A DNA stretch of 64,000 nt. It comes from Camelus dromedarius (lineage: Eukaryota). Shown here one piece after another: positions 39,547-53,465 of the stretch (position 1 is the first letter of the stretch; every line of letters begins with the position of its first letter). Location of the stretch: the NCBI RefSeq assembly GCF_036321535.1, contig NC_087447.1, forward strand, positions 45,136,001 through 45,200,000, in the 5' to 3' direction. The position numbers were made by a program, and so were the translations under genes. The notes under the pieces were generated by a model, which did no database searches, was not told where the DNA came from, and saw only the letters and a list, made by a program, of their open reading frames with translations.

Positions 39547-40500
39547 ATGTCAGTGGCCATGTACAACCTGACTGGCTACAACACAGGTGCCTTCACCCTT
39601 CTGGGCATCCCTGGACTTGAGCAGTACCACATCTGGATCAGCATCCCCTTCTGTTTTATCTATCTTGTGGCCATTGTGGGTAATAGCATCCTTCTCTACC
39701 TCATTACAGTGGAGCGCAGTCTTCATGCACCCATGTGCTTTTTCCTTTCTGTGCTGGCTATTACTGATCTCATATTGTCTACCACCTGTGTCCCCAAAAC
39801 TCTCAGCGTCTTCTGATTTGGTCCCCAGAAAATCAGTTTCCCTGGCTGTCTCACTCAATTATTCTTCCTGCATTACAGCTTTGTTCTAGACTCAGCTATA
39901 CTGATGGCCATGGCCTTTGACCGCTACGTGGCCATCTGCTTACCCTTGAGATACACCACTATCCTGACCACCAGAACCACTGTCAAAATTGCTCTGGGAA
40001 TCACCTTCAGAAGTTTCTGTGTTTTTGTCCAGTGCGTTTTCCTTGTAAATCGTCTGCCCTTCTGCAAGACACACAACATTCCCCACACATACTGTGAGCA
40101 CATAAGTGTTGCCCGGCTTGCCTGTGCTGATATCTCCATCAATATCTGGTATGGGTTTTGTGTTCCAATCATGACGGTGATTATAGATGTGATTCTAATT
40201 GCTGTCTCGTACACTCTCATCCTCTGTGCTGTCTTTCGCCTCCCCTCCCGAGATGCTCGCCAGAAGGCCCTGGGCACCTGTGGGTCCCATGTCTGTGTCA
40301 TCCTTATATTCTATATACCAGCTTTCTTTTCCATCCTTGCACATCGCTTTGGACATAATGTCCCTCGTACCTTTCACATTATGTTTGCCAACCTCTATGT
40401 TATCATCCCACCTGCACTCAACCCTATTGTCTATGGGGTCAAGACCAAGCAGATCCGAGACAAAATCATTCTTCTCCTGTTTCCTAAGGGGTCCCACTGA
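39547..40500 (+). pseudogene. OR52H-like olfactory receptor with a single premature stop (TGG->TGA, 39814-39816); syntenic position of human OR52H2P
   Basis: ORFs 39547-39816 and 39904-40500 are in the same frame; paralogues in this window have FW at the stop position; all OR motifs present downstream. Confidence 0.9.
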
Positions 40501-43500
40501 TGTTTGCCTGAAGCCTAGGAGGCAGGGGCAAGTTCCTAGTGTACATTAGGTTAAAGACTGCACTTGTTGCTTTGGCCCCAGAGAAGAGCCTAATGAAAAA
40601 ATTCCTTATTAGTCAGAAACATGGTTTTGCTTCCTTTGTTGCTTTAGGCAGAAGTCTTCTCATACATCCTAAAAAATTTTTTAGTCTAGGAGATAACATA
40701 CATATTTTTGTTTCTGGAACCTAAAAAAATTTAATTTCTTTTAAATTCCCTAAGGTAATTGCAAAACTTTAAATGAAAACAAAGTGATCAGTATCTCTTT
40801 TTCTTTACAAAGATGCTTCTAAGGAATCTGATTTTTTTTTCAGATTTATACATCAGAGTAGTTTATACATCATAGTAGTACAAGGAATTTCTACCATGAT
40901 GATGCTGTGAGCTCCTAGAGTTTTAGTTTGGTTGCTTCAATCCGTTCCTGGACAGCTTGAAGCATAAGTCTTGGCATGTACTGTGTGCATAAGCATTGTT
41001 TAGCAAATAAATGAATGGCAAATACCCATGCAGTTATTAAATTGAGAGCGCAGGGGTTTATTTGAGACAAAGGAAGAAGGCAATGATGAAATCCAAAGCT
41101 CATTTTTTACTTAATTTTGAGAAACCCAAATGCGATGTGGATGGGTAGAGTCCCCTAAGAAGGAATACACAGAGGAAGCCAAATTCTTATGGCCAATAAG
41201 ATAGAAAAGCACGTACAGACTAAGATGTGGGTTTGAGACTTGACCAATTAGAAGCACTGCTGGTCCCAACTCTCTTGTTCATTCTTGTATCTCAAAAGAA
41301 GTGTGGTCTCATGCCAAAGTGTATCTCCATTTATATTATTCATTATCTCTTCAAATTCAATATGCTTAACTTGGTCTAGTGAGTCCTTTAGTTTCTGAAT
41401 CAGTTAAGAAATAACTATTTTTGGTATTTGGTGGGTGCCAATGGTAGCGGATGTCAGATTTCCTCCCATATCCACTATGACCTTAAAGCCTACTGCTTCT
41501 TTACAGATGACCTCTCAGATTCCCCAGTCCGGTGTAAACACCCCTTCTCTTATCACAGTGGTTCAAACACTCATCACTTTTCATCTGAATCAAACTACCA
41601 AGGTTCTACATGGTATCTCTCCTTCTAGATGCTTTCCCATCTCCACACTACCACTCCATTCATGTCCCTAGATTTATATTTCTATAATAATTCTCAATAT
41701 AAAATTTTAATAGGAAGCATATGGTCTTTGACCTCAGGGAGTCAAATTTTAGTATATCATTTTACTGGGTGACAGCCACATATGTTGTTTTCAACATTAT
41801 CTGTATAAATAAAGGTAGTCTGAAGTTTAAGGAGAAGAGAAAGTAGAGTCAAAAGATAAAACAATTAGAAACAAACCAACAGAATATCTTTCTCTGAGGC
41901 TAAGGAGTCCCTGTGAAATAACTCTGAGTCCACGTTGTACGAAATCACTAAATGGGAGTTCAAGTAATTGATAGGGGTCAAAATGAATATGCACAAAATA
42001 TTAAACCCAGCATATGGAAATTTCCACCTTCATCATTTTAACCACTTAATCTCTTAATCATAAAAAAAAAGACTAACATGATTTCCAGTTAAAAAAATTG
42101 TTACATACATGATAGTAATTAAATTGTGGGGTCTTCCATTCTGCTGACATAGCTGATTTGTGCTCCAGATGACAATACCAGGTCGCAGGACCAGCTGTCT
42201 GCTAAGGCACCTCTCCTACATCGCGCTGATAGAACCATAACATTTGTATGTAAAGTAATGGTTTGTTGTTTGCTGTTATTTAATTGGGGGTGAAGAGTGG
42301 GGGATGTGGTTTACATTTTTAGGGTGTGAATTATAAATAGAGAAGGGACACCAGAATATGTTTCTATTTTAGTCCAATGAAAATCAGTAACTGATTTACT
42401 AGAAAAATATGTTTTTATTAAACCAGGTTATGGAAACATTAAGCTCTAAGTAAGTTCTTCATAACCTTTTGTTTGGACCAGGTGTTCATATAAAATACAT
42501 ACAAGTTACCTATGGCCAGTTCTTTTCCACTAAATCTAGTCAAAAAGGACAGATGTCTCCATAAATATCCATATCATCCCAGAGTACTCTGAAGGTAAGA
42601 ACTGGGAATTTTCACTACTTAAATGTACCTACTTTTCCTTTAAAAATATTGGCCCAAGAAAACTCAATAGTACATCAAACTAAACACTGGTGTGCATTTG
42701 ACTGATATTTTCAATAGTCTCAATGTTAGATATAAAAAGATAGCCATTGGCAATGGAATTATTTGTGCTCAGTGTCCAACCAGAAGGAAAGCTGCCTGTG
42801 GACTAGATAAAGGCAAAAAAGGAGCACTTTTAAAGCCCAGTATTCAGGGTTATTGTTGAATATCTTTGTAGACATATAGATAGAAAGACTGGATTTACCA
42901 CACTTACGGAAATTAACCTGGCTGTTAGAGTTGTAGGACAAAAGCCTCTTAGATACGAACTGAGATCTGGGACTCCTCACAGTACCAACAGGCAGATCTA
43001 AATGTATCCCCACAGGAATGTATTTCATTAATTATTTGTTTTAACCAATGATACATTTATAGTGAAGTTTCATTTTGTGTTGAGTCTCAAATAATGAAAA
43101 GGTGACAGCCTCCCAAAGACCAGGATGAAGATAAATAGAAGTAGAAGATACAGCAAGTAAAGATTCCAATGAGAACAAAATGAGATTTAAGCCAAGGAAC
43201 AACATAGTCAGATGTACATTTTGGAAAGCGCAGTCCGTCCTCAGTGTGGAAATTGCGCTGAGGGAGACAAAACAGAAATAAAATGATACTTTAGGAGGCT
43301 ATTAGAGTACCTTAGGGAAGAGGTGATGATGGTAGCTGGGCACTGGAGACAGAGAAGAGAATGGATTCAAGAGATCTTTAGAGGGAAACAGCAGCATGAT
43401 GTAGTTTTAAAAAATTCATCTAAGTAGTGAGGTGTGACATTTGCTGAACTTTGGAACACTGAAAGAACAGGTTTGGAGAGGGGGCAGTGAATGCAGTTTG

Positions 43501-45184
43501 GGACCAGATGATTTTGAAGCTGAAGTGGGATATTTAGCCTAGGATGTTTCAAAGAGCCCTTTGGTGCCTGGCAGGACCATCCCATGTGGTCCTTCAGAGG
43601 AATCTGCATCCAGTTTTTGTTCCACTTCTGCCCCGATGTAGACAGTTCCAACTCACTTTCCTGTTTTCCAGTCTTTATGCTCTCATCCACATATATAACC
43701 AGTCCTTCAGGAGAAAAGAAAAGGTGCACAAATGCATTGTAGAGCTTATGAATGAAGATCCTGGAGCCTTACTCTGAAAGGCAGTGTTAAGCTATCTTGA
43801 AATGGACCTATAATCATTTTAACAGGTGCACGGTGAGTCCGCCACTGTGTTAAGCATTTTATAAGCACTGCCCTATTTAATTTGTCAATCCTTATATAAT
43901 CTTGAGAAGTAGGGAAGACATCATCACCTTTTAATAGATATTAAGTACCATATTCAAAGTCCTTTACCTGGGGAGGGCATGAGCTCGAAACCTAGGTGAT
44001 CAGACAGGTGGGCACACACGAGGCCACACACCCACAGGCATATAGCTCACCTGTAAGTGCATAAGACAAACTCTGAGGTAGTGTTAACTCACAGGCATGG
44101 GCAGGGTTAATATAATCTTCTTTATACTCTTCCCTTGAGAGTGAGAAGAGAGGGTGTTAAGGTCCCTCAGGCCCTAACTATTTACCTCTTCCTTACAAAG
44201 AACAACGGACAGAAAAAAATAAATAAATGAGCAGGGACTAAACTTTTGAGTCTTTTCCTTTCCCCTCCACTTATTTCTTTGGTTAGTGTGTCCCCGTCTC
44301 TTACAGATTTTCTGTGTGACTATCAGCACAATCTTTCTTCTTTCTGTTTGACCCAAGCCCCAAGACTAGGTGAGTGCTGGCTTTTTGGCGGGGTTTGTTT
44401 GGGACTAGGATTTGGAGACAGAGTGAATGAAAAGCTCAGGGCTCCATTTTCTAGGGCATGGACTGAGCACTGTAACTTTCTGTCCCAAGCAACTCCCATT
44501 TATAAGCTGAAGTCATGGTCTCCTGTACTTGGATACATGCTCCATCAAATGAATGCCAATGATTGGAACAGATGATCATGTAAGGAAGGGGCTGGACTGT
44601 GGACCACCGTCTGAACTCTGGACTGTGTTCCCAGAACCCGGAACATATGAATGATGAGACACTGTTGAGGAATGTTTAAGTTGCTATAAAAAAATATGAT
44701 TTTACTTATCAATAAGGGAAGGTCCGAAAGAAAAGAGTGCCTGATTTCTCTTTGGCAAAATCGGAAGAGTGGAGAAACTAAGCACTGGCCTGGGAGATGG
44801 CAGGTATGGTGGTCTGGGCCTAAGAATGTGATAAAAGTGAGGGGAGGGAGAAGGTTGGACCTGAGTTTTGGCCTTGTCAGGTTAAGGATCTGAGGCATGT
44901 GGCCATCACAAACTCTTCCCTAGTGCTGATCCTGGGAGTCCCTGGCCTTGTGATGTGGTTGGTTATTTCTAAATTTTAAATCACTTTCTATGTAGATGCA
45001 TTACTGGAGAAGGAAGAAAATTGAAGAACCTAGCCTTTTTTTGTGCATGATGTTATTTAATCATAACTTGGACAACTGAGTCACAAACATCCTTGTCCAG
45101 CAAACAACAGGAGTCTACAGCTGCCCCCTTTCCTTCTCTTCTAGCCTCGAGGGAACAGCTCACCTTTGTTCCCACTTGGAAAAT

Positions 45185-45545
45185 GAATCTTTTTTTTTTC
45201 TTTTTCTTAATACAATTTTTAAAGGTTACACTCCATTTGCAGTTATTACAAAATACTGGCTATATTCCCCGTGTTGTACACCACATCCTTGTAGCCTGTC
45301 ACACCCTATAGCTTGTACCTCCCACCCCCCACCCCCCATGTGTCCACTGGTAACCACTAGTTTGTTCTCTGTATCTGTGAGTCTGCTTCTTTTTTTATAC
45401 TGACTAGTTTGTTGTATTTTTTTTTTTAGATTCCCCATATTAGTGATATCATACAGTATTTGTCTTTCTCTGTCTGACTTATTTCATTTAGCATAATGCC
45501 CTCCAAGTCCATCCCTGTTGGAGCAAATGGTAAAATTTCACGAAT
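45185..45545 (-). mobile_element. Relatively young L1 3'-end fragment (cetartiodactyl/camelid type)
   Basis: T tail, GGTTACACTCCATTTGCAGTTATTACAAAATACTGGCTATATTCCCC...CTGGTAACCACTAGTTTGTTCTCTGTATCTGTGAG...ACTTATTTCATTTAGCATAATGCCCTCCAAGTCCATCC. Confidence 0.8.
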
Positions 45546-46680
45546 CTAGTCTTTAAAAGATTAACTCCCAGAGTAAAGGTTTTGGGAATTTACAAAGAAA
45601 ATGGCAGTGTCAAAATTCAGGCATGAAATCTTTTGTTTATATTTTCCTTGGTGTGTGTGCTTGTGAGGCTATGGTATGTGCATGTGGGTATGTGTGCACA
45701 TGCATGTGTGCACATGTGTATATCTGCGTAAGACAGAGGTGGGGGAAGGGAGTTTGCCTTGTGTAAGATTATGTGTGGGTTAATAAATTATGGTAAAATG
45801 CATGTGAGAATGTAAGTATAGGTCAAGGTATGCTTGAGATTTTAAGTACTACTAAGTATGTTTGTATATCTAAGAGAGTATATGTCTTGGAGTTTATGTG
45901 TCTATCTAATAGAATATGTATTTAAAAAGAAAAAAATTCTTCTTTTGTACGGAAGTCTTGACCAATAATGTTATTAAATTCAAAATATTAAGATATTATG
46001 CAGCTGTATAGTGTTAGGGTGGCAGAAAACAGTGTTTTTGTAGGAGCAAGGGCTCATGAAGCTCAACTGTAAAGTACTTTTAAAATTTAAATTTAAGTTA
46101 CACCTGTTTTTCAGCATAGTGTAGGAACTTAGGTAGTGTTTGCTGAACTGAATTTTTGGATGACAGTAAAGTGGTATTGACTTCACATATCTAAAAGCCA
46201 CAGTTATCAGGTGGCCTTGAAAAGAATGAGTAATTGTCTTGGGGCAGAGATTGATAATCCACAGTGACAGATCTTAACTAATAATGTATGTAACATCATA
46301 TAAACTATAATCCACCAACCTATGGGAAAGTACACCCTGTCATTTGTTAGCTTGTATCAAGCGTATACAGTATAATGAAAAAAGTGATTATAGCCAATAT
46401 GGGAAGCTGCCTGGAAAAGTTGTGTAAATCAACAGAGGTGGCCAAAAGAAAGAAGATGTTCTCGATAGAATGACCATACATCCCAATACATCTGAGACAA
46501 TCTGGTTTATGCGTGTTACCCACCATTGTTCTAACACCAACCTTTTATCACTTCAAAGGTGCCCTACTTTGAATGATAAATTAGCTGATCACCTTACCTT
46601 TAGGAGTCAGTAATGATGAGTGGTTGGAAGTGAGAGTGACTCTGACTGTCCTTTATCACCCACTGTCCTCAGGAGCTGGG

Positions 46681-47643
46681 ATGTGTGTCACCTTGTCTGC
46701 CATGGTCATTTTCAACCTAAGCAGTTACAACCCAGGACCCTTCATTCTGGTGGGGATCCCAGGCCTGGAGCAAGCCCATGTGTGGATTGGGATTCCCTTC
46801 TGTATCATCTATATTGTGGCTGTTATGGGAAACTGCATCCTTCTCTACCTCATCATGGTGGAGCATAGCCTTCACGAACCCATGTTCTTCTTTCTTTCCA
46901 TACTGGCCATGACTGACCTCATCACAGCAGGAGTGCCTTAAACACTTAGTATCTTTTGGCTTGGGGCTCGAGAAATCACATTGTCAGGGTGTCTTACACA
47001 AATGTTCTTCCTCCACTATAGCTTTGTCCTGGACTCAGCGATCCTGATGGCCATGGCATTTGACCGCTATGTGGCCATCTGTTCTCCCTTGAGATACACC
47101 ACTATCTTGACCCCCAAGACCATCATCAAGATTGCTGTGGGCATCTCATTTCGAAGCTTCTGCATCATCCTGCCAGATGTATTCTTGCTCACACGCTTCC
47201 CTTTCTGCAGAACACGCATCATACCCCACACGTACTGTGAACTTATCGGAGTTGCCCGGCTGGCCTGTGCTGATATCTCCATCAACATCTGGTATGGCTT
47301 TTGTGTTCCCATCATGACGGTCATCTCAGATGTGATCCTCATTGCTGTTTCTTATATGCTCGTCCTCTGTGCTGTCTTTCGCCTCCCCTCCCAAGAAGCC
47401 CACCAGAAGGCCCTGGGCACCTGTGGGTCCCATGTCTGTGTCATCCTCATGTTTTATACACCTGCCTTCTTCTCCATTCTTGCCCATCGCTTTGGACACA
47501 ATGTCTCCCTCACCTTCCACATCATGTTTGCCAACCTTTACATTGTCATCCCACCTGCACTCAACCCCATTGTTTATGGAGTAAAGACCAAGCGGATCAG
47601 AGATAAGGTCATCATACTGTTTTCTACCAAAGGTAGAGAATGA
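46681..47643 (+). pseudogene. OR52H1: OR52H1 orthologue, disrupted: in-frame 6-nt deletion in TM2, AAA->TAA stop (46939-46941), CEH->CEL
   Basis: SAMVIFNLSSYNPGPFILVGIPGLEQ...KIAVGISFRSFCIILPDVFLL matches recalled human OR52H1; TDLI--TAGVP* versus TDLILSTTCVPK in window paralogues; ORFs 46624-46941 and 46981-47643 are in frame. Confidence 0.88.
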
Positions 47644-48120
47644 TGTTCCACTGCCCAATGGAAAAGCTAAGATAAGTTTATAATATCTATTAATGTATCC
47701 AGAATTTAAAAAAAAAAGCAAATGGTATTTAAAGTAAGAACTGTCTACAAGTGATTTTGTGTACCAAGAAGGTGACACAATCTATATGAAAGAAATAGTT
47801 GTATGTATAAAAAAATCCTGGACGACCTGCTTGCTTGTGGAACATGAAGTTGCACAGGATACGCTCAGAAAGAAGGAGGGGAAGACAAAGAGCTAAATTA
47901 CTCCATATAGAAAAAGCAATAAGAATGTGGAAATTGAGATTTGCACTTACGGAAAAAGGAAAATATGTTAAATGGGACAGAGACACTGAAGAAGAGAGAC
48001 TAAAACTGAAACTATTAAGAAGAAAGTTTTCATTTAGGGGATTAGTTGATGGATTTAGGGCGTTTATGATAATATCAGTTCTAATTATTGTCCATGTTAT
48101 GTTTCTGTAGTTCCCTTTAA

Positions 48121-48264
48121 TTTTTTCTATTTTTAAAGAAAGAAATGGAAAATTTCATTTGAGCCAAATTTGAGGATGATAAGCCAGGAAGAGCATCTCA
48201 GAAAGTTCTGAGAACTGTTCCTCTAGTTAGAAATCAAGGCACAGTTTTGTAAGTTTTTTGAGAC
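48121..48264 (-). mobile_element. Retroposed ERV1-LTR 3' fragment with an A-rich tail and 16-bp TSD
   Basis: TSD CTGTAGTTCCCTTTAA at 48105-48120 and 48265-48280; body is the reverse complement of the LTR at about 5800-5910. Confidence 0.8.
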
Positions 48265-51200
48265 CTGTAGTTCCCTTTAAATGTCACCCCCCACCCCACC
48301 CCCAAAAACCTTTCAGTACAAGTCTGTTATAAGCAGTAAGTTCTATCAGCAGTGCTATAATGGGAGCGGGAGAATATAGTTATGAATGCCAGAATTGTTG
48401 GCACCTATGCTGGGAGGAGAGAGTAGCTTCTAGGCTCCAAGACATATTGAGAAAGTGAGCTTCAGAGACGGTGCCCAGGAGAGCATGACCCAAAGTAGTT
48501 GGAGATTGAGAAGAGGGCTGGACTGCCCACAATACATAGATGAGACCTCAAGCCAGTTTGTTTGGACACTAAAGAAAAAAAAAATGGCCAGAGGACTTGT
48601 GGAGTTCTTATCTACAGAGTGCATTTCCTTGATTAAAAGAGAAAATCAATTACAAAATACATTTCTGCAGTGAGGAGTGTGATGGGAAGGAGAAAACTAC
48701 AGTAAAGCAATACATTCAACGTAAGATGCATTCAAATTCCATAAGCATTAGCGTGGAGAAAATATGTTGTAATCAAAGAGATATCAAGAGTTCTTCCAAT
48801 TTTTTTTTGAAAATTATCTATTCATCTGGAAATTGTTTATTGAGTATATACTATATTCCAAATTTTGTTCTAAGCATTCAGGATATGAAGATCAATAACA
48901 GGGAGAGGCTCTGCCCTGCTTCTACGGAGCTTATATTCCAGGGAGTGTGACAAAGAAGAAGCAAGAAAACAAATGTTTGTTACTTTCAAATAGTAATACA
49001 GTCAATAGAAAAATGAAGCCTAACAAAGTGATGGATGAGGAAGACAACGGCAGGAGGACAGTAAGTACAAAGGCAGTGTGGCTGGAGCAGAGGGAGGTGG
49101 GATAGGAGTGAGGGATGAGGAGGGGCAGGGCCAGACCCCGGGGGTCAGGAATCATCCAGACCTCATTCTTGGAAGAGGAAATAAAGTGAAACTGAGTTTT
49201 CCAAAGCACATAGCCAAGAGTTACAAATGTGGAGCTAGAGTAGAATCTGCTGCCCTCCAATTCGGTGATATTCCCACTGAACACAGCCTCTCTTCTCTGA
49301 AAACAGACTCCAGAGGATCTGGGGCTGTCAGAGCCTGTCTTTATCGTCCTTGTGAACCCCACTAGTCATCAGTCAAGCCACTGACTAAATGAGGACTCAG
49401 CTTTCTGCGTCAGCTTGCCAAAAATGCTGTATCAGAAGAGGTTATCTTTTAAACTCTTCTTGTCATTTCCATTTTGCTGAGTACATGGATTGGCCAAGAG
49501 CTGATATTTTAAAAGTTTGCTGAAAGAATAATAAATAAATAGAGTCTGAGCTGAGATCATTTAAAAGTACATACTGGTTTCATCCTGTTAGGAACTCAAA
49601 CCCATGGTTATTCACTGACACGCACGAATGGCTCCCATGGAGGCTTAATGACCTAGAAAAACCAACAAAGGAAGGGACTGTCTCCTGCACGGTCTCCATT
49701 TTCTTCTCCCATCCTCTGTCTTTGGGCCAGTTATCTGTTATTATTTTTCTACCCTTCTCGGCAGAGTTCCTTTATTACTGTGGCTTAATGGTGACTCTGC
49801 TGGTTGGTAATTCTATATCTTAGTTTTTAATATGCGATATTCTTGATAAATTTCAGTACTAGTTTTAAAAGCAAAATGGAGATGAATGTGCATCACAGGC
49901 TGTAAAACACTGTTCTAATATTAGCTATTATGTTAGGATTTTCACCAATTTTCACTGATATTCTAATCTCAGACTCATCATGTTCAAAGTAGAGATCATC
50001 ACTGTCGTTTAAAATCCTCCCACACTTTTTCTGTTTATGGGAGGAGAAAACAAGTTAAGCCCGGTTTTGCTCTTCCCTCAAGTGTAAATTTACTGCCCTA
50101 GCTGCCGATGCCTCCTTCTGGCGAGACTGGTTGCAAATATTCTGTTCCATTGTCAAATCATGAATTAAATCACACATTCTGGTTTGGATTAAAGAGGATT
50201 ATTATACAAAAATCAGCAGTTAACTTGCTCACACATAAATGGTCTTGCCCTACATCTGTTCCTTTCTGCAAATTCCCATCTCTCATGTTAGATATTAGAT
50301 ACTAAGACATTCTCAACAGGGGAATTGACTTACTATCTTCCTAAACTCAGAACTTAGAACTTTATTCTACAAATAGTAGGGCTCCATAAATGTGTCCGTA
50401 ACACCCTCTTTTCAAGATGTCCCATATATACCATTCTTTAGGTCTTTGTGATTCCATTTTTGTTGCCTCTTAGATTTTTAGCCCTACTCACTCCACCATT
50501 CCACTTTCTGCAATCTTAGCCAGACCATGTGCCTAGACCCGGTATTGTGTATATGCTCTGTCATATGCCAATGGCAATTTCATGTAGTTACTGTATTCAG
50601 AAGAATAATGTAGGGCTTACCAAAGATGAGTTGTAGAATAGATTTACAGCATCTGCCTTGGAAGAAAGGGGGCAGTTGGAGGTTTCACACCTTGTATCTG
50701 CTATTTTGAACTTAATATTACTAAATAAATTTACAAAAGATTTATGTCATAATTTCAGTCCAATAGCACTCACAAAGTACCTGTTATTTGAAAGAAAATG
50801 CATACAAACTGGGAGTAGAGACAGAGCCAGTACACCTGCTGCTTACGACCAAGAAGCTTGTAGCTTAGCAAAAGGGTAAATTACAGAAGTAGGTAATTTA
50901 CTCAGGCAGTTTTATATATTGCAATGATTGAGGTAGGGTGTTAGGGAAGCACAAAGGAAGGATGCCCAACCATTCCTTGGAGTCCAAGAAAGCTTCCTGG
51001 AAGTGTTCATTTCAGAGATTGTCTTGAAGAACACGAAGTTGAGCCTCAAGAATAAGGGGAATGGGAACTGCCGGAGGGAGGGTATTGCTTAAGCCTAGGT
51101 GGGAAACCATGCATTTCAAAAATCTGAAAGCTTAGGTTAATGGAGGAGCCATCCATGGTGATGATACATTGCTTAGGGGCTGCTGGGGTTGGGCAGTGAG

Positions 51201-51624
51201 AAATATGGGTGCTCATTAGCCAGCCTGCAGTGGATGTAGGCAACTGAATGGAATATCAGTGGATGAGGTTTGTAAACAGTCCTGTAGCTTGATGCTATGA
51301 TTTACATTTGAAAATTAATAATTACTCACACATTCTCTACTTCCTTTTGCAACCTAATTGTGAGATAAGTAGAAGAGTCAGACAGTGGATATAGAAGTAT
51401 GAACTTTATTTCTGGTAGTATTGGATTCAAGAATATGATATGACTATATATTCAGATTAACTTTTACTATTTTATTTCTAAGTCTGAACTTAGGAGGACA
51501 CACCCTAGAGTGAGTTGGAATCCACAGAACAGTAATACCAGCTCATTCAGCAGCAGAAGGAAATCACCGAATCACAAATGTAGATTACATATATGTGGAC
51601 GTGTGTAAAGAATGGTCTCTAGAT

Positions 51625-53465
51625 CAGGTCTTCTCGAACTATTGATGAGGAACATAACAATTTTAACAATTTTAATGTCTAAAAACTGTAGATTAATACT
51701 TCTGTAAAGTACAAAAAATAAATTAGTAGAAAAAATAAAACTAAAAAATAAATGTCGAATACACAAGTCTTGCTTCTATTATTATATGCAAAAGACATAA
51801 AATATATTACAGTAAATATAATCAAAATAAACACAGGTGAAAAATAAAGGACTTACAGAAATCATACACACTTTTTTTGAGAGTATGCGTACAGGTGGTT
51901 AATGTAGAGAACATGCATTGCATCATGAGAGTTTGTCATTCTGCGATTAAAATTAAACAAAAGTTATAGTGAAAAGTGAAAGCCTTAAATACCTTTTGAA
52001 GCAACACCATGTGTATCAATACTTCACATTTTAAGGTATCAAATGAGCGCACATTGTTCTTGTTAATTTGTCTAACATAGGTTGGATTGATGACAGTGTT
52101 GCTTGTAGGCGATAATTTACGTCTAAACCAAATTTGGTGTGTTTTGTTTATTTTTTTTCTAATGTGAAGAGTAAGGAAATCTATCTGACAAAGGTCTACT
52201 GAATAAAATGGAACAAGTGATTGTAAAGAAATTTAATCATTATAAGAACATTTTATATTTTATTCAAAATTATGCAAGCGATGCTGTATTTTCATTATTT
52301 TATCTTCAGAGCTCACTAGTAGCCAGTTTCAACAATTTATTTTATGCTTTATAGTTAAATTCATATGACCTTTCAATAAAAGAAATTCTGAATCCTATGT
52401 GTGGATTTTGTTTTGTTGAAAAATAAAATTTGAACATTCTATTAAATTTATAAGGTGTTCGGTGATAACTTTTGTAGATGGGCTACATGCAGCTCAATTT
52501 ATTTACTGAAAATTATCATTATTTTATGGAATGTGTCATAACATTCTGCAGAAAGACTGATCTTCCAAATTTCTAGCTTCTGTATTTGCCTCTAAAACTT
52601 ATCCAATATTGAAAAATATGTTGCATCAAAGTATTAAGAATATTAGACTAACAAAGATCATCAAATAAGAAAATCTGTCTGTCCAATTTACATTCTTAAG
52701 AAGTGGAGCCAAGAAGGTTTCTTATTTTGCAGAAATACTGAAAGTTCATTCCATGGTTCAAACATCCCCATAGAACTTTTAGCCACAATAACCATCATTC
52801 CTCATCAGGCAGAAACTCTTGTTTTTGGCCCAACTTCCATGCTATCACACAATGAAGAGAGCCATCTTGAATGTAACACGTTGAGTTTTATACAATTCCC
52901 CATTCTTACTCTAGCACAAAATCCATTATTCACTTGAGCTTTTATTTTCCACAGCAAGCCTTTAGGTTTACCTTGTGATGTAAGCTCCTTAATCGTGCTA
53001 GCTACTGCAGAATGATCACCGACTAACTAATCTACCACTGTTCCATCAGAATACACTTTTATACCAAACCTAAACCCTAAACTACAGCTGTTCATATTGT
53101 AACTTTCATAGTTTCGTATATGGTCCAGATTTAGTTGGGTTTGTCAACAAGAATGTTAAAAAAAGTTCCTTCACAGCACTTTCACGTTCAAATCATACAT
53201 CAGATAATTATTGTCCCAGCAACACCTGCACATTCAAGCTGCAATTTTAAAAAATTGCCAGCTTTATTTGTCTTGTGAGTTGGACTTCCATGTCATTAAC
53301 TAGCTTCTAAATCTGTCAGATGATGTTGTGTTGGAAGATGGGCAGGTGCGCTCACAAGAAGTAGTGAAGGAAGGATTCCTCTCCCAGAACCCCTAGGAGT
53401 AAATCGTCTCATGTGCACAGTGAGCTTGTTGTTTATGGTCTCTGGGCCGCATCTCAATAGCTCCT
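51625..53465 (-). mobile_element. hAT-Charlie (Buster-type) DNA transposon, internally deleted, both termini apparently present, decayed transposase
   Basis: Left end CAGGTCTTCTCGAACTA preceded by CTCTAGAT (Charlie-type target site); minus-strand translation NCIKLNVLHSRWLSSLCDSME / MFEPWNELSVFLQNKKPSW / ATYFSILDKF*RQIQKLEIWKISLSAECYDTFH resembles SCAND3/ZBED5-type transposase. Confidence 0.8.

Noticed and set aside
42130-42250. CpG-retaining stretch with a 13-nt antisense match to U2 snRNA (CAATACCAGGTCG) and a terminal ACA
   Set aside because: The flanks do not continue the U2 match, and I could not establish an H/ACA structure, TSD or tail; an Rfam search would be needed
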